Assembly: GCA_964016885.1 (NCBI GenBank)
Contig: OZ024762.1
Coordinates: 12,648,001 to 12,712,000 of the forward strand
Origin: Eledone cirrhosa
Lineage: Eukaryota
Length of the DNA stretch: 64,000 nt
Direction of reading: 5' to 3'
A model generated the notes under the pieces. It was not told where the DNA came from and made no database searches. It worked only from the letters and a program-made list of their open reading frames with translations. The position numbers and the translations under genes are program-made. Below are positions 40,942-53,507 of this stretch, in pieces (position 1 is the first letter of the stretch; each line of letters opens with the position of its first letter).

Positions 40942-41032
40942 GAGTTAAACAATAATCAATGAGTATATCAAAGAATGAGTTTTACAGTAGATTGGAAGCA
41001 CTCTACGGCTAAAATAATTTTCCAGAGTTATT

Positions 41033-41313
41033 AATATTAAAATACAAATATTAATAAAATAGATGTTCTTTTTATCAATTACATTTTATTATACATATTT
41101 CAGATGTACAACAGTACGTCCTCATCAAACAAAATATAATGATACATGACATACCCTGAGATGTTAAATGGTCAAGATTTAATCAAGGTAGTCACTTGAC
41201 TACCTTGATTAATTTTGTCTGATGAGGACGTACTGTTGTGCATCTGATATATGTATAATAAAATGTAATTGATAAAAAGAACATCTATTTTATTAATATT
41301 AGTATTTTAATAT
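41033..41313. repeat. Fold-back element carrying a hammerhead (family E) on each arm
   Basis: 41033-41135 inverted to 41212-41313; extra 16-bp hairpin ttaatcaaggtagtca-ct-tgactaccttgattaa at 41179-41212. Confidence 0.85.
41212..41264 (+). ncRNA. Degenerate type I hammerhead (family E)
   Basis: attttgt-CTGATGA-ggacgtac-tgtt-gtgcatct-GATA-tatgta-TA-ataaaat; mirror arm has GAAA but TTGATGA. Confidence 0.65.
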
Positions 41314-41446
41314 ATATATTTATATATATATATATAGTAATAATAATAAATTTGAAGACTAAAATCCAAAGAGGGCTCGATACGGATAAATATATATCAA
41401 ATATATAAGAACCGTAGAGCAAATATTTATTAAAATAACAGATTAA

Positions 41447-41497
41447 AGTTTAAGCAAAGAATCGCTGCTTTCACCCTTAACGGGATCTTCTGAAACT
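41447..41497 (-). ncRNA. Degenerate type I hammerhead (family F)
   Basis: Minus strand: agttt-CAGAAGA-t-ccc-gttaa-ggg-t-GAAA-gca-gcgattctt-tgc-TT-aaact; three stems pair, one core mismatch. Confidence 0.5.
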
Positions 41498-41515
41498 AAT
41501 ATATATATATATATA

Positions 41516-42008
41516 TCATCATCATCATCATCATTTTACGTCCGCTTTTCCCTGCTTGCAAGGGTGGGACGGGTCTTATTCAGCACAGCATCTCTCCACT
41601 CGTCACGGTCCCTCGTCATCTCCACCGTGGGCTTCAATGATCTGAGGTCTGTTCTCACCACCTCCGCCCATGTTTTTCGTGGTCTACCTCTACCACGTCT
41701 TCCCTCAACTGGCATTTCCTGGCACTTCTTCACCCATCGGTCATCCTCCATGCGCATCACATGTCCATACCACCTCAGTCTCCTCTCCCGTACACTACAT
41801 TCTATCCCTCTCAGACACAGTTTCTCTCTCAACACATTTATGCTGGGTCGTTCACGCACATTTACACTGCACATCCAACGGAGCATGCTTGCCTCATTTC
41901 TCTCCAGCCGTCGCATATCCTCTGCGGTTGCTGCCCATGTCTCACTACCATGCAGCATCGCGCTCCTCACACAGGCATCATACAACCGGCCTTTCGTACG
42001 CAGGGAGA
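41516..42008 (-). mobile_element. RTE LINE 3' fragment (second subfamily)
   Basis: [39 protein letters not shown]; (GAT)n tail. Confidence 0.88.
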
Positions 42009-42518
42009 TATATATATGTATATATATATATACATATATATATACACATATATATATGTATACATATATATATACATATATATATATATACATATATATA
42101 TGTATATATATATCATCTTTCTAGCGGGTCCGGGTAAGCTTTTTGCATTTTATGATTTATTGATTTATTGATATTTTATCTGAGTGACCTGAATCTTCCA
42201 GATCGTAATTTTTCGGTCGTATGGTTGATTTTAGACATGATCTATGTGTGTTGGTATTTTAACGATAGTTATAGCTCTGATTTATCTGAATTATTGAGCC
42301 CTCTGCCACTCATATCGAATTTTGTTTATCGTGAACTCGTGCGCCGATTTTTCGATACTCGATTATTCTACTACATATATATATATACATATATATATAT
42401 ATCTGGCTGGATATGGTCGGTTTAAATGCTAAAGGGTTAAAAGAAAATACAGGAGGATCATTTAATATGATTTTATTCAACAAATTCCCCGCTCAGATTC
42501 ACAGTTATTGTAGCAATT

Positions 42519-42770
42519 CTACCTCCCCTGTAAAGGTAACAGCTCTAACCTTTCACGGCCCTACCTCCCCTGTAAAGGTAACAGCTATAACCTTTCAGTC
42601 CTAGCTCCCCTGTAAAGGTAACAGCTCTAAACCTTTCATGGTCCTACCTCCCCTGTACAGATAACAGCTCTAACCTTTCACAGTCCTACCTCCCCTGTAA
42701 AGGTAACAGCTTTAAACCTTTCATGGTCCTACCTCCCCTGTAAAGGTAACAGCTCTAAACCTTTCACGGT
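42519..42770 (+). repeat. ~42-bp minisatellite (CTACCTCCCCTGTAAAGGTAACAGCTCTAACCTTTCACGGCC)
   Basis: ~6 tandem units. Confidence 0.9.
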
Positions 42771-42884
42771 ACCCTTAAAGCCAGAAACTTTTCAGCACCT
42801 CCTCTTGTGCCTTTATTGTGAATCACACTGTGTTAGTGGTATCATTATCTAATTATTAATTAATTAATGTCCTGTTATTTCTAG

Positions 42885-43010
42885 TGCTGCCAAATCCTGA
42901 TCAATTTAGCGATTAACCAAGAAACGATGAAGATGAACTATGAGGTTATCAAACTATCGTACCTTCGGGCCTTAAATTTCGCCAGGGAAGCAGAACATTT
43001 GCATCTTCAG
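42885..43010 (+). CDS. TONSL: TONSL coding exon (TPR): CCQILINLAINQETMKMNYEVIKLSYLRALNFAREAEHLHLQ
   Basis: tttctag acceptor, gtaagt donor, 126 nt open frame, phase 0-0; resembles TONSL TWLNIA..FQKALSCAQQAQRPQLQ. Confidence 0.85.
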
Positions 43011-43017
43011 GTAAGTC

Positions 43018-43420
43018 CTGTAACATTTTTGATAGCAAATACTGATAGTTTCAAATAGTTTGATATCAAACTATTCGAAACTATCTCAGTTCTGTAACAT
43101 TTTTTAATATCAAACTATGATAGCAAACTGTTTGATACTATCCCACTACTGTAACATTTTTTAATATCAAATTATGATACCAAACTGTTTGATACTATCC
43201 CAGTATTGTAACATTTTTTAATATCAAATTATGATACAAAACTGTTTGATACTATCCCAGTACTGTAACATTTTTTAATATCAAACTATGATACCAAACT
43301 GTTTGATACTATCCCAGTACTGTAACATTTTTGATATCAAATACTTTGATGTCAAACTATTTGAAACTAATTTTTGTCCTGTAACATTTTTTGATATCAA
43401 ACTATGATACCAAACTCTGA
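43018..43420 (+). repeat. ~57-bp minisatellite (CTGTAACATTTTTTAATATCAAACTATGATACCAAACTGTTTGATACTATCCCAGTA)
   Basis: Tandem units directly after the exon donor. Confidence 0.85.
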
Positions 43421-43455
43421 TGTTAAGATATTGTTCTCAAAATATAGACTCGATA

Positions 43456-43956
43456 TTATGAGAAATTATGTGAGGTAAAGCCTTTACTGTGAAAATATAA
43501 TAGTAAATATAGAGTAATGTAAATGTTATGTGAGATATTATGTGAGGTAAAGCCCTTACTGTGACAATACAATAGTATATATAGAGTAATGTAAATGTTA
43601 TGTGAGATATTATGTGAGGTAAAGCCCTTACTGTGAAAATACAATAGTGTATATAGAGTAATGTAAATGTTATGTGAGATATTATGTGAGGTAAAGCCTT
43701 TACTGTGAAAATACAATAGTAAATATAGAGTAATGTAAATGTTATGTGAGATATTATGTGAGGTAAAGTCTTTACTGTGACAATACAATAGTATATATAG
43801 AGTAATGTAAATGTTATGTGAGATATTATGTGAGGTAAAGCCCTTACTGTGACAATACAATAGTATATATAGAGTAATGTAAATGTTATGTGAGATATTA
43901 TGTGAGATAAAGCCTTTACTGTGACAATACAATAGTATATATAGAGTAATGTAAAT
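43456..43956 (-). repeat. 71-bp minisatellite (same family as 17648-18720)
   Basis: Same unit; ends ~40 nt before the 43996 exon. Confidence 0.93.
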
Positions 43957-43995
43957 GGTAAAGGGTAATTTACTGTTTAACTTTTCTATCTTCAG

Positions 43996-44290
43996 CACAA
44001 AGTCCTCAATTTACTTCTTGAAGCTCAGCAGACATATAAGCAGGATAAAGACAGAAGGAAGTCTTTGGAGAAGCTGAAGGAACTTCAAAGCAAACTACAT
44101 GTATCTGTGAGAGACACTGGCCAAACTGGAGCAGATAAAATTGGTGATGATGGTGGTGGGGATGGCAATGATGATGATGGTAGTGGTGGTAGTGGTGGTG
44201 AGATTAGTTCCAACTCTGGAATTGAAGATGATCATGATCATGATGATGATGATGATGATGATGTTCAGATTTCCGATCTCACAGAATCTG
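43996..44290 (+). CDS. TONSL: TONSL coding exon (end of TPR region + acidic Gly/Asp linker): HKVLNLLLEAQQTYKQ...DDDDVQISDLTES
   Basis: tcttcag acceptor, gtaagt donor at 44291; open frame overlapping ORF 44065-44385; an acidic linker precedes the ankyrin repeats in TONSL. Confidence 0.85.
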
Positions 44291-44463
44291 GTAAGTTCAT
44301 TTTCTGTCTCTTAACCTACTTCCCCTCCACCCCTCAAGCTTTCTTGGTGAGTAGAATGAATTTGGACACTCTGAGGGTGCTCTAGGAATGTCACCCCCCC
44401 GCGAATATAGGGGGGGGGGGCGACGACAACTGTGTGTGTCTATATATATTACTATATATATAT

Positions 44464-44780
44464 GGAGGCACATGGCTTAGTGGTTAGAGCATTGGCTTTG
44501 CAATCGAAAGGTTGTGAGTTCAATTCTCAGACCGGGTGATGTGTTGTTTCCTTGAGCAAGACACTTTATTTCACGTTGCTCCAGTTTACTCAGCTGTAGA
44601 AATGAGATGATAGGGACTGGGATCCCTATCATTCGTGGAGGTGCCACGGCAAAAAAGCACCCAGCACTCACTGTAAATGAGGTTGGTGTTAGGAAGGGCA
44701 TCCAGCTGTAGAAATCAAGCCAGAATCAGTTCCCGTCCCACCCTTGCAAGCAGGGAAAAGCGGATGCAAAATGAAATGAT
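44464..44780 (+). mobile_element. tRNA-derived SINE
   Basis: Same family as 1426-1768, small internal deletion. Confidence 0.85.
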
Positions 44781-44974
44781 ATATATATATATATAGATAT
44801 ATATAAGTAATCATCATCATCGTTTAATGTCCATCTTCCACGCTAGCATGGGTTATATATTATATATATATACTCTTTTACCTGCTCTGGCTGAGGCCAT
44901 GCTGAGGCACCGCTCTTGTTTTGTTTTTTATATACATATATATATATATATATTATATTACATATATATATAAT

Positions 44975-45320
44975 GGAGGCACATGGCTTAGTGGTTAGAG
45001 CATTGGCCTTGCAATCGAAAGGTTGTGAGTTCAATTCTCACACCGGGTGATGTGTTGTTTCCTTGAGCAAGACCGTTTATTTCACATTGCTCCAGTTTAC
45101 TCAGCTGTAGAAATGAGATGATAGGACTGGGGTCCCTATCATTCCACTGCAAAGTGGTCGTGGAGGTGCCATAGCAAAAAAGCACCCAGCACTCACTGTA
45201 AATGAGGTTGGTGTTAGGAAGGGCATCCAGCTGTAGAAATCAAGCCAGAATCAGTTCTCGTCCCACCCTTGCAAGCAGGGAAAAGTGGACGTAAAATGAT
45301 GATTATGATTATGATTATTA
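44975..45320 (+). mobile_element. tRNA-derived SINE
   Basis: Same family as 1426-1768. Confidence 0.85.
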
Positions 45321-45497
45321 TTATATATATTATAAATATATATATTATATATATATATATTATATATATATATATTATATATATTATATATATATATATT
45401 ATATATATATATTATATATATATATTATATATATATATATATTATATATATATATATATTATATATATATATATTATATATATATATATTATATATA

Positions 45498-45960
45498 AAC
45501 TCCGACCTCACACACTTACACCTCTCCAAGACAATGTCACTGGACCGTGACCTTTGGCGGTACTCAGTAACAGAGAAGACCCGCCTTGCCAGTAGGCATC
45601 TCTAACAAACTACACCCCGTCCCGCCACCACCCCCACCCCATCCACACCACCCCGTTCTATGTAAAGTTATGTTGGTGCCGCGCCATCCAGGCCGAAACA
45701 AATGAGATCGTGTAGGTGTCACGACAAAAAAACACACAGTCCACGCTGTAATGTGGCCGTGTAGGCAACACGGTAAAAACCTCCCAGACCCACACTGTAA
45801 ATGTGGTTGGTGTTAGGAAGGGCATCCAACTGTAGAAAACCTGCCAGACAGTCCTATGCGAGCAAGACAATCACTCTTGCCTCAAGTGGGACTACCCCCG
45901 TCCAAACCCATGCAAGCGTGGAACACGGATGTTAAACGTTGATGATGATGATGATGATGA
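45498..45960 (+). mobile_element. RTE LINE 3' end fragment
   Basis: Reverse complement of ~10561-11020; (GAT)n tail. Confidence 0.88.
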
Positions 45961-46242
45961 TATTATATATATATATTATATATATATATTATAAATATAT
46001 ATATTATATATATATATTATATATATATATTATAAATATATATATATATTATATATATATATATTATATATATTATATATATATATATTATATATATATA
46101 TTATATATATATATTATAAATATATATATTATATATATATATATTATATATATATATTATAAATATATATATTATATATATATATATTATATATATATAT
46201 ATATTATATATATATATATTATATATATATATATATTATATA

Positions 46243-46315
<73 letters not shown>

Positions 46316-46327
46316 TATATATATATA

Positions 46328-47624
46328 CGAGGGGGATCAAAAAGCTCGCGGAATTTTTCAGAAAATATTCTAATTTTCAAAAAATATGATTTACCTTCAA
46401 TTTATTTTTCTACATAGTTGTCATGCAGGTCAATACACTTCACAAAGCGATGCTTCCAACTCCGTCAGCCGTCTCTAAAGAAAGTTGTTCGAAGCCATCA
46501 TGTGTTGGCAGTGTTTTTAGCTTCTTCAACACCACTAAAACGGGTTCCTTTTAGCATTTCTTTGAGTTTTGGAAAGAGGAAAAAGTCTGATGGGGCTAAA
46601 TCTGGACTATAAGGCGGGTGAGGAAGCACTTCCCATCGAAATTCTCGAAGAACTTCTTTTGCAACCCGCGCAGAATGCGCTGGTGCATTGTCATGTTCAA
46701 ACAAGATCCCACCATGAAGTTTCCCTTTTCGTTTCTTGACTAATGCCTCTTTCAGTTTCCTTAAAACATTTGCATAGTAAGCTCCTATCACAGTTCTTTG
46801 ACCTTCAAGATAATCTATTAGTATCACCCCATCTGAATCCCAGAAAATGGTGGCCATCACTTTTTTATCCGACTTTTGAGATTTGAACTTGATTGGCCCT
46901 GATGATCCACGTGGAAGCCACTGTTTTGACTGCTGTTTGGATTCAGGATCATACTAGTAGATCCAGGTTTCATCTCCGGTGATGATTCTGGTCAGGAAAT
47001 GCTCTTCATCAACTTCAATTTTGTTTAATATCGCCAAAGACAGATCACTTCGAAGAATCAGCTGATCAGGGCGCAACGCTTTTGGGACCCATCGCACTGA
47101 AAGCTTGCTTAGTCCCAAATTATCGTGCAGAATTGAATTTGCCGAACCATATGAAATGTCTAGGGACTTAGCTAACTGATTAACTGTTATTCTTCGATCT
47201 TCTTCAATTAAAGTCTGAGCAGCCTCAACGTTTGGTCATTTTTTGATGTTCCTAGTCTTCCACTGCGATGGTTGTCTTCAAGGTCGTCTCTCCCTTGTTT
47301 GAATCAATGAATGCACTTGTAGACAGCAGTTTTCTTTGGAGCAGTAGTACCGTAAACTTTAACTAAAGCCTCCATAATCTGTGTAACTTTCCATTCGAGT
47401 TTCACCAGAAACTTGATATTTGATCTTATCTCATAATAACTATTTTCCATTGTTCCAAAAAGAGTTTCTTTTAAAGCGTGTCAGTACTGAACAATAGTCC
47501 GCACATGACTGACTGCAAGTGACTAATAGCAAGGTAAACGCCCAATGACAATGTTGTGACATGTTTAATATTGTTTTAACCCATTTTTTTCTTACTACGA
47601 TAAAATTCTGCGAACTTTTTGATC
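46328..47624 (-). mobile_element. Mariner (DD34D) DNA transposon, inactivated
   Basis: TA|CGAGGGGGATCAAAAAGCTCGCGGAATTT left TIR, partial inverted copy 47602-47624; WVPKAL, TGDETW, HDNAPAH, HPPYSPDLAPSDF motifs; ATG ~47450, in-frame stops and frameshift. Confidence 0.92.
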
Positions 47625-47627
47625 TTT

Positions 47628-47681
<54 letters not shown>

Positions 47682-48283
47682 ATATATATATATATATTAT
47701 ATATATATATTATATATATATATATATATAAGGGTGTTAAAGTTTGCTTGAAGCATTGTGAAATGTGTAAAATACGTAGTTAAGAAAGCCACAACAATGC
47801 AGAGGGAAATCTCGAGGTAGGAAGTGAAAGATAGATAGGAAAAACAGGTGAAAGTGAAAATTGAGAGAGACAAAGATGAAAACAAAACAAAGGTACAAGG
47901 GTTACCGTAGTGGAGATTTAATCCCAATATTTCGGGCTCACGCCCATCAACGGGGGAAAGTTCCAAAAGGGGGGGGAGGACAGGCCAAGCGGAGAAAGTT
48001 GTGATGTCGTTAAGACAGGAATACCGTTATGGGGAGAAAATTATTTAAAATTTAAACGAGAGAAAGAATGTGCGTGCGCGTGATAGGCTGTGGCAAAAGC
48101 TACTGACCAAATGGGTTAAATCAAGAGGGTGCGCTAGCGTGTGAAAGCCGTAAGATATGTGTGTGTAAATATATATGTGTGTGTAACTGTGTGTGTATAA
48201 GTGTAAGTGTGTATATGTGTGAGTGTGTGTATGTGTGAAAGATAGTGGGCTGTAGAAGCTGGAAATCAAAGGGTGTGAAAGGT

Positions 48284-48332
<49 letters not shown>

Positions 48333-48403
48333 ATATATATATTATATATATATATTATATATATATATATATATTATATATTATATTATATATATATATA
48401 TAT

Positions 48404-48628
<225 letters not shown>

Positions 48629-48632
48629 TTAT

Positions 48633-48740
<108 letters not shown>

Positions 48741-48757
48741 TTATATATATTTATATA

Positions 48758-48870
<113 letters not shown>

Positions 48871-48872
48871 TA

Positions 48873-48918
<46 letters not shown>

Positions 48919-49118
48919 NNNNNNNNNNNNNNNNNNNNNNNNNNNNNNNNNNNNNNNNNNNNNNNNNNNNNNNNNNNNNNNNNNNNNNNNNNNNNNNNNN
49001 NNNNNNNNNNNNNNNNNNNNNNNNNNNNNNNNNNNNNNNNNNNNNNNNNNNNNNNNNNNNNNNNNNNNNNNNNNNNNNNNNNNNNNNNNNNNNNNNNNNN
49101 NNNNNNNNNNNNNNNNNN
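48919..49118. other. Assembly gap (200 N)
   Basis: Run of N after a long (TA)n tract. Confidence 0.99.
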
Positions 49119-49560
49119 TGTCACTGGACCGAGATCTTTGGCGCTACACAATAATAGAGAGACCTGCCTTACCTAAGTGCAAAGTGAAACCTACTACAGT
49201 CAGTAGGCAGCTCTAACAATACACCCCCGTCCCACTACCCCCACCCCATCCACACCACCCCTTTCAATGTAAAGTTATGTGGGTACCACAACATCCAGCC
49301 CGAAACAATTGAGATCGTGTAGGTGTCACGACAAAAAAACACACAGTCCACGCTGTAATGTGGCCGTGTAGGCAACACGGTAAAAACCTCCCAGCCCCAC
49401 ACTGTAAATGTGGTTGGTGTTAGGAAGGGCATCCAACTGTAGAAAACCTGCCAGACAGTCCTATGCGAGCAAGACAACCACTCTTGCCTCAAGTGGGAAA
49501 AACTCCCGTCCAAACCCATGCGAGCATGGAATATGGACGTTAAACGAAGATGATGATGAT
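49119..49560 (+). mobile_element. RTE LINE 3' end fragment
   Basis: Reverse complement of the 38951-39395 type; (GAT)n tail. Confidence 0.85.
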
Positions 49561-49647
49561 ATTATATATATATATATATATATATAATTGATCATTATCC
49601 TCATTTTATGTTTTATGTCCTTTTTTTTTATATATCAACAATTTTAG

Positions 49648-49714
49648 AAGACGATGACGAAGAGGATCAGAGAGAAACTCTACCTAGCCGCCGGTCAAAC
49701 TGCACTCGTTGAAG
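49648..49714 (+). CDS. TONSL: Probable TONSL exon (EDDDEEDQRETLPSRR...KLHSLK) with an apparent 1-nt frameshift
   Basis: attttag acceptor and aag|gtatat donor; acidic start continues the phase-1 end of the previous exon, but 67 nt gives an in-frame TGA at 49710-49712 and the wrong phase. Confidence 0.55.
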
Positions 49715-49740
49715 GTATATTTGATCTTCATTTGTTTACT

Positions 49741-50200
49741 CTTTAGTTACCAACCTGGCCAAAACCAGCCCTAGTTCTATCAAATAAAACCACCTATTAT
49801 AAAGAGTTCCTATTTAACCCTTTAGTTACCAACCTGGCCAAAACCAGCCCTAGTTCTATCAAATAAAACCACCTATTATAAAGAGTTCCTATTTAACCCT
49901 TTAGTTACCAACCTGGCCAAAACCAGCCCTAGTTCTATCAAATAAAACCACCTATTATAAAGAGTTCCTATTTAACCCTTTAGTTACCAACCTGGCCAAA
50001 ACCAGCCCTAGTTCTATCAAATAAAACCACCTATTATAAAGAGTTCCTATTTAACCCTTTAGTTACCAACCTGGCCAAAACCAGCCCTAGTTCTATCAAA
50101 TAAAACCACCTATTATAAAGAGTTCCTATTTAACCCTTTAGTTACCAACCTGGCCAAAACCAGCCCTAGTTCTATCAAATAAAACCACCCATTATAAATG
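49741..50200 (+). repeat. 79-bp minisatellite (~6 units)
   Basis: ctttagttaccaacctggccaaaaccagccctagttctatcaaataaaaccacctattataaagagttcctatttaacc. Confidence 0.93.
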
Positions 50201-50299
50201 TTTCCAATTTAAATTAAAATCAACCAACATAATTTGATATCTGTGTATTGGAACTTAATTTATTGCGTGCAGTGGAACAACGGGAAATAATAATAATAA

Positions 50300-50485
50300 T
50301 AATTGTTTCTACTTTTGGCACAAGGCCAGCCAATACCCAGTGTATTACTGGTACTTTATTTTATCGACCCCGTAAGGATGAAAGGCAAAGTTAACCTTGG
50401 CGAGATTTGAACTCAGAATGGCAAGGGCCGTACTCTATGTGTCAAAGCATGGCATCCAACCCTCTACCGATACTGTCAATCCACC
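50300..50485 (-). mobile_element. SINE with Nin/Deu-like central domain
   Basis: Reverse complement of gcctttcatccttacggggtcgataaaataaagtaccag; other copies 50785-50995(+), 59438-59620(-). Confidence 0.65.
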
Positions 50486-50784
50486 TAATAATAATAATAA
50501 TATTATTGTGTACAGTGCTCAGGTGCACTACAACTCATCAAAGGTGCATGTATAGTACATAGAATAATATACCAATGTCAGGGAAGTGAATAGTGTATGA
50601 TACATGTGTGCGTGTGTATGGAGGGGGAATATTAGGTGTAGTGAAGTGTTTTGCTGAAGAACACAACACACAATCTAGTCCAGGAATTGAACCCACCACA
50701 ACATGATGGTAGGTGTAACACCCTTACCTCAGGAACAACATGGATTGGAGTATGTTTTGTTGAAGAACACAACACACAACCCAG

Positions 50785-50995
50785 TGGATTAGCAATAGAG
50801 CATTGGACAACATGCTTTATGATATAGGGTTATGCCTATTTACGTTTTGAGTTCAAATCTTGCCGAGGTTAACTTTGCCTTTCATCCTTACGGAGGTCGA
50901 TAAAATAAAGTACCAGTAATACACTGAGGTCTATTTAATCGACTTTCCCGTCTTCCCTTCAAATTTGTTGGTCTTGTGTCTAAATCAGAAATCGA
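50785..50995 (+). mobile_element. SINE with Nin/Deu-like domain abutting the ankyrin exon acceptor
   Basis: gagttcaaatc box B; aactttgcctttcatccttacggaggtcgataaaataaagtaccag. Confidence 0.65.
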
Positions 50996-51007
50996 TCTTT
51001 TTGCCAG

Positions 51008-51094
51008 GTGAAGAGGAACGAGAAAGGGGAGACCCCTTTACACCGGGCATGTATTGAGGGCAATCTGAAACGTGTAGAGCTTCTTATTAAACAG
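51008..51094 (+). CDS. TONSL: TONSL ankyrin repeat 1 exon: VKRNEKGETPLHRACIEGNLKRVELLIKQ
   Basis: ttgccag acceptor, cag|gtatgt donor; GETPLHRACIEG closely resembles TONSL RRNDMGETLLHRACIEG. Confidence 0.93.
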
Positions 51095-51927
51095 GTATGT
51101 CTTAAACTATACTTCCACATACTATCACTGGGCTTCTTATTTCTTCTTCTTTCCTTCTTCTTTATCTTCTTTTCCTTCTTCTTTTCCTCTTTCTTTTCCT
51201 TCTTCTAAAGTGAAAGGGATTTTATCCTAAAATATATTGACCTAGAAAGAACGCTGTATATATCATAGACACACACACACACACTAACATAGGCACACTA
51301 ACAGACACACACACACTAACATAGAAACACACACACTCACACACACACTAACATAGACACACACACTCACACACACTGACATAGACATACACACACACAC
51401 TAACATAGATACACTAACAGACACACACACACTAACATAGACACACACACACTAACATACTCACACACACACACACACACTAAGATAGACACACACACAC
51501 GCACCACACACTAACAGACACACACACGCACACACACACTAACATAGACACACACACACGCGCACACACTAACATAGACACACACACACTCACACTAACA
51601 TAGACATACTAACATAGACACACACACTCATACACACACTAACATAGACACACACACTAACATAGACACACACTAACATAGACACACACACACTAACATA
51701 GACTCACACACACGCTAACATAGACACACACACACTAACATAGACACACACACGCACACACACACTAACATAGACACACACACTCACACACACACTAACA
51801 TAGACATACACATACATATATATGTATATAGACAGACACACACACATATATATATATATACACAGTCAGACACACATACATATATATATATATACACAGA
51901 CACATACATACATATATATATAGACAG

Positions 51928-51958
<31 letters not shown>

Positions 51959-51964
51959 CACAGT

Positions 51965-51996
<32 letters not shown>

Positions 51997-52145
51997 CACA
52001 GATACACACACATATATATATATATATACACATACACAGACACATACATATATATATATATATAGACAGACACACACACATATATATATATATATATACA
52101 CAGACACACACATATATATATATATATATACACAGATACACACAC

Positions 52146-52176
<31 letters not shown>

Positions 52177-52309
52177 GACCAACAAACACACACACATACA
52201 TACATATATACATATACACACACAGACACACAGACCAACACACACATACATATATATATACATATACACATACACATACACAGACCAATAAACACACACA
52301 CATATATTT

Positions 52310-53060
52310 AAAACTATACAGCTATGGTACGACCACACTTGGAATTCGCATCATCAGTCTGGAACCGCTATCTTGCTCAGAACATTGACCTCCTGGAAAC
52401 TGTTCAGAGACGTGCAACCAAGCGCATACCCTCCATCAGACACCTACCATACTCTGAACGCCTTGCTTCCCTGGGCATGGATTCATTGAAGCTCCGACGT
52501 CTGGCAATGGACTTGGTGAATACCCACAAAGTTTTTAACCATCTCGCCAATTGCAACCCTGAGCGCCTCTTTGATCTCCATGTGTCTAACACACGTGGAC
52601 ATGCCTACAAGATCAGAAAACAGCACAGCTCCCATGACTTTTGTAGACATTTTTTCACGCTCAGAGTTGCTGAAGCATGGAACAGGCTGCCTGCGTCGGT
52701 TGTTGGCTGCCGAGACACTGCATCCTTTAAGACACTCATGCTTCCCGAAATACGCCAAAACTACACCTGATGTACCCCTTCCATGCACATGCACACATGT
52801 GTGTATCATGACTCGTGCACTGTTCATTTTACTGATGTTTGTGCATTGCCCTATGTACTGTACATGCACTTTTTTGATGAGTTGTGGTGCACCTGGGCAC
52901 TGTACACAATATTTCATTATTGTTATTGTTATTATATCATGACTCGTACACTGTTCATTTTCCTGACATTTGTACATTATTCTATGTACTATACATGCAC
53001 CTTTGATGAGTTGTAGTGCACCTGAGCACTGTACACAATAATTTCATTATTATTATTATT
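52310..53060 (+). mobile_element. CR1/L2-group LINE 3' fragment with duplicated 3' UTR
   Basis: VRPHLEFASSVW..LETVQRRATK..YSERL..TRGH..FFTLRVAEAWNRLP; tandem 3' segments ending (ATT)n. Confidence 0.85.
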
Positions 53061-53271
53061 ATATATATACACACACAGACACACAAACCAACAAACACAC
53101 ACACACACATAGACACACACACACATAGACACACCAACACACACACACACATCAACACACACACACACACATCAACACACATACACACATCAACACACAC
53201 ACACATCAAGACTAACACAGACACACAGACATCACCAACACAGACACACATGCACAAACACCAACACAGAC

Positions 53272-53306
<35 letters not shown>

Positions 53307-53507
53307 CATCATCATCATCATCACCACCATCAACATCACCATCACCACCATCATCACCACCATCACCATCATCAATGGTGTCCATTTTCCATGTTTCATG
53401 TATTCGACATATCATTCACACCCAGAGACAAGTCTGGCCTCTTAAGTGTTAGCTTTAAGTCCTTCTGTATGACTGCGATAGCGCCAAAGATCTGAATCAT
53501 GTGTGAC

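Noticed and set aside
47922-47957. Minimal hammerhead-like motif on minus strand (tccc-CCGTTGA-t-gggcgtgagccc-GAAA-ta-TT-ggga)
   Set aside because: Two core mismatches and short stems; cannot be separated from chance without a family alignment
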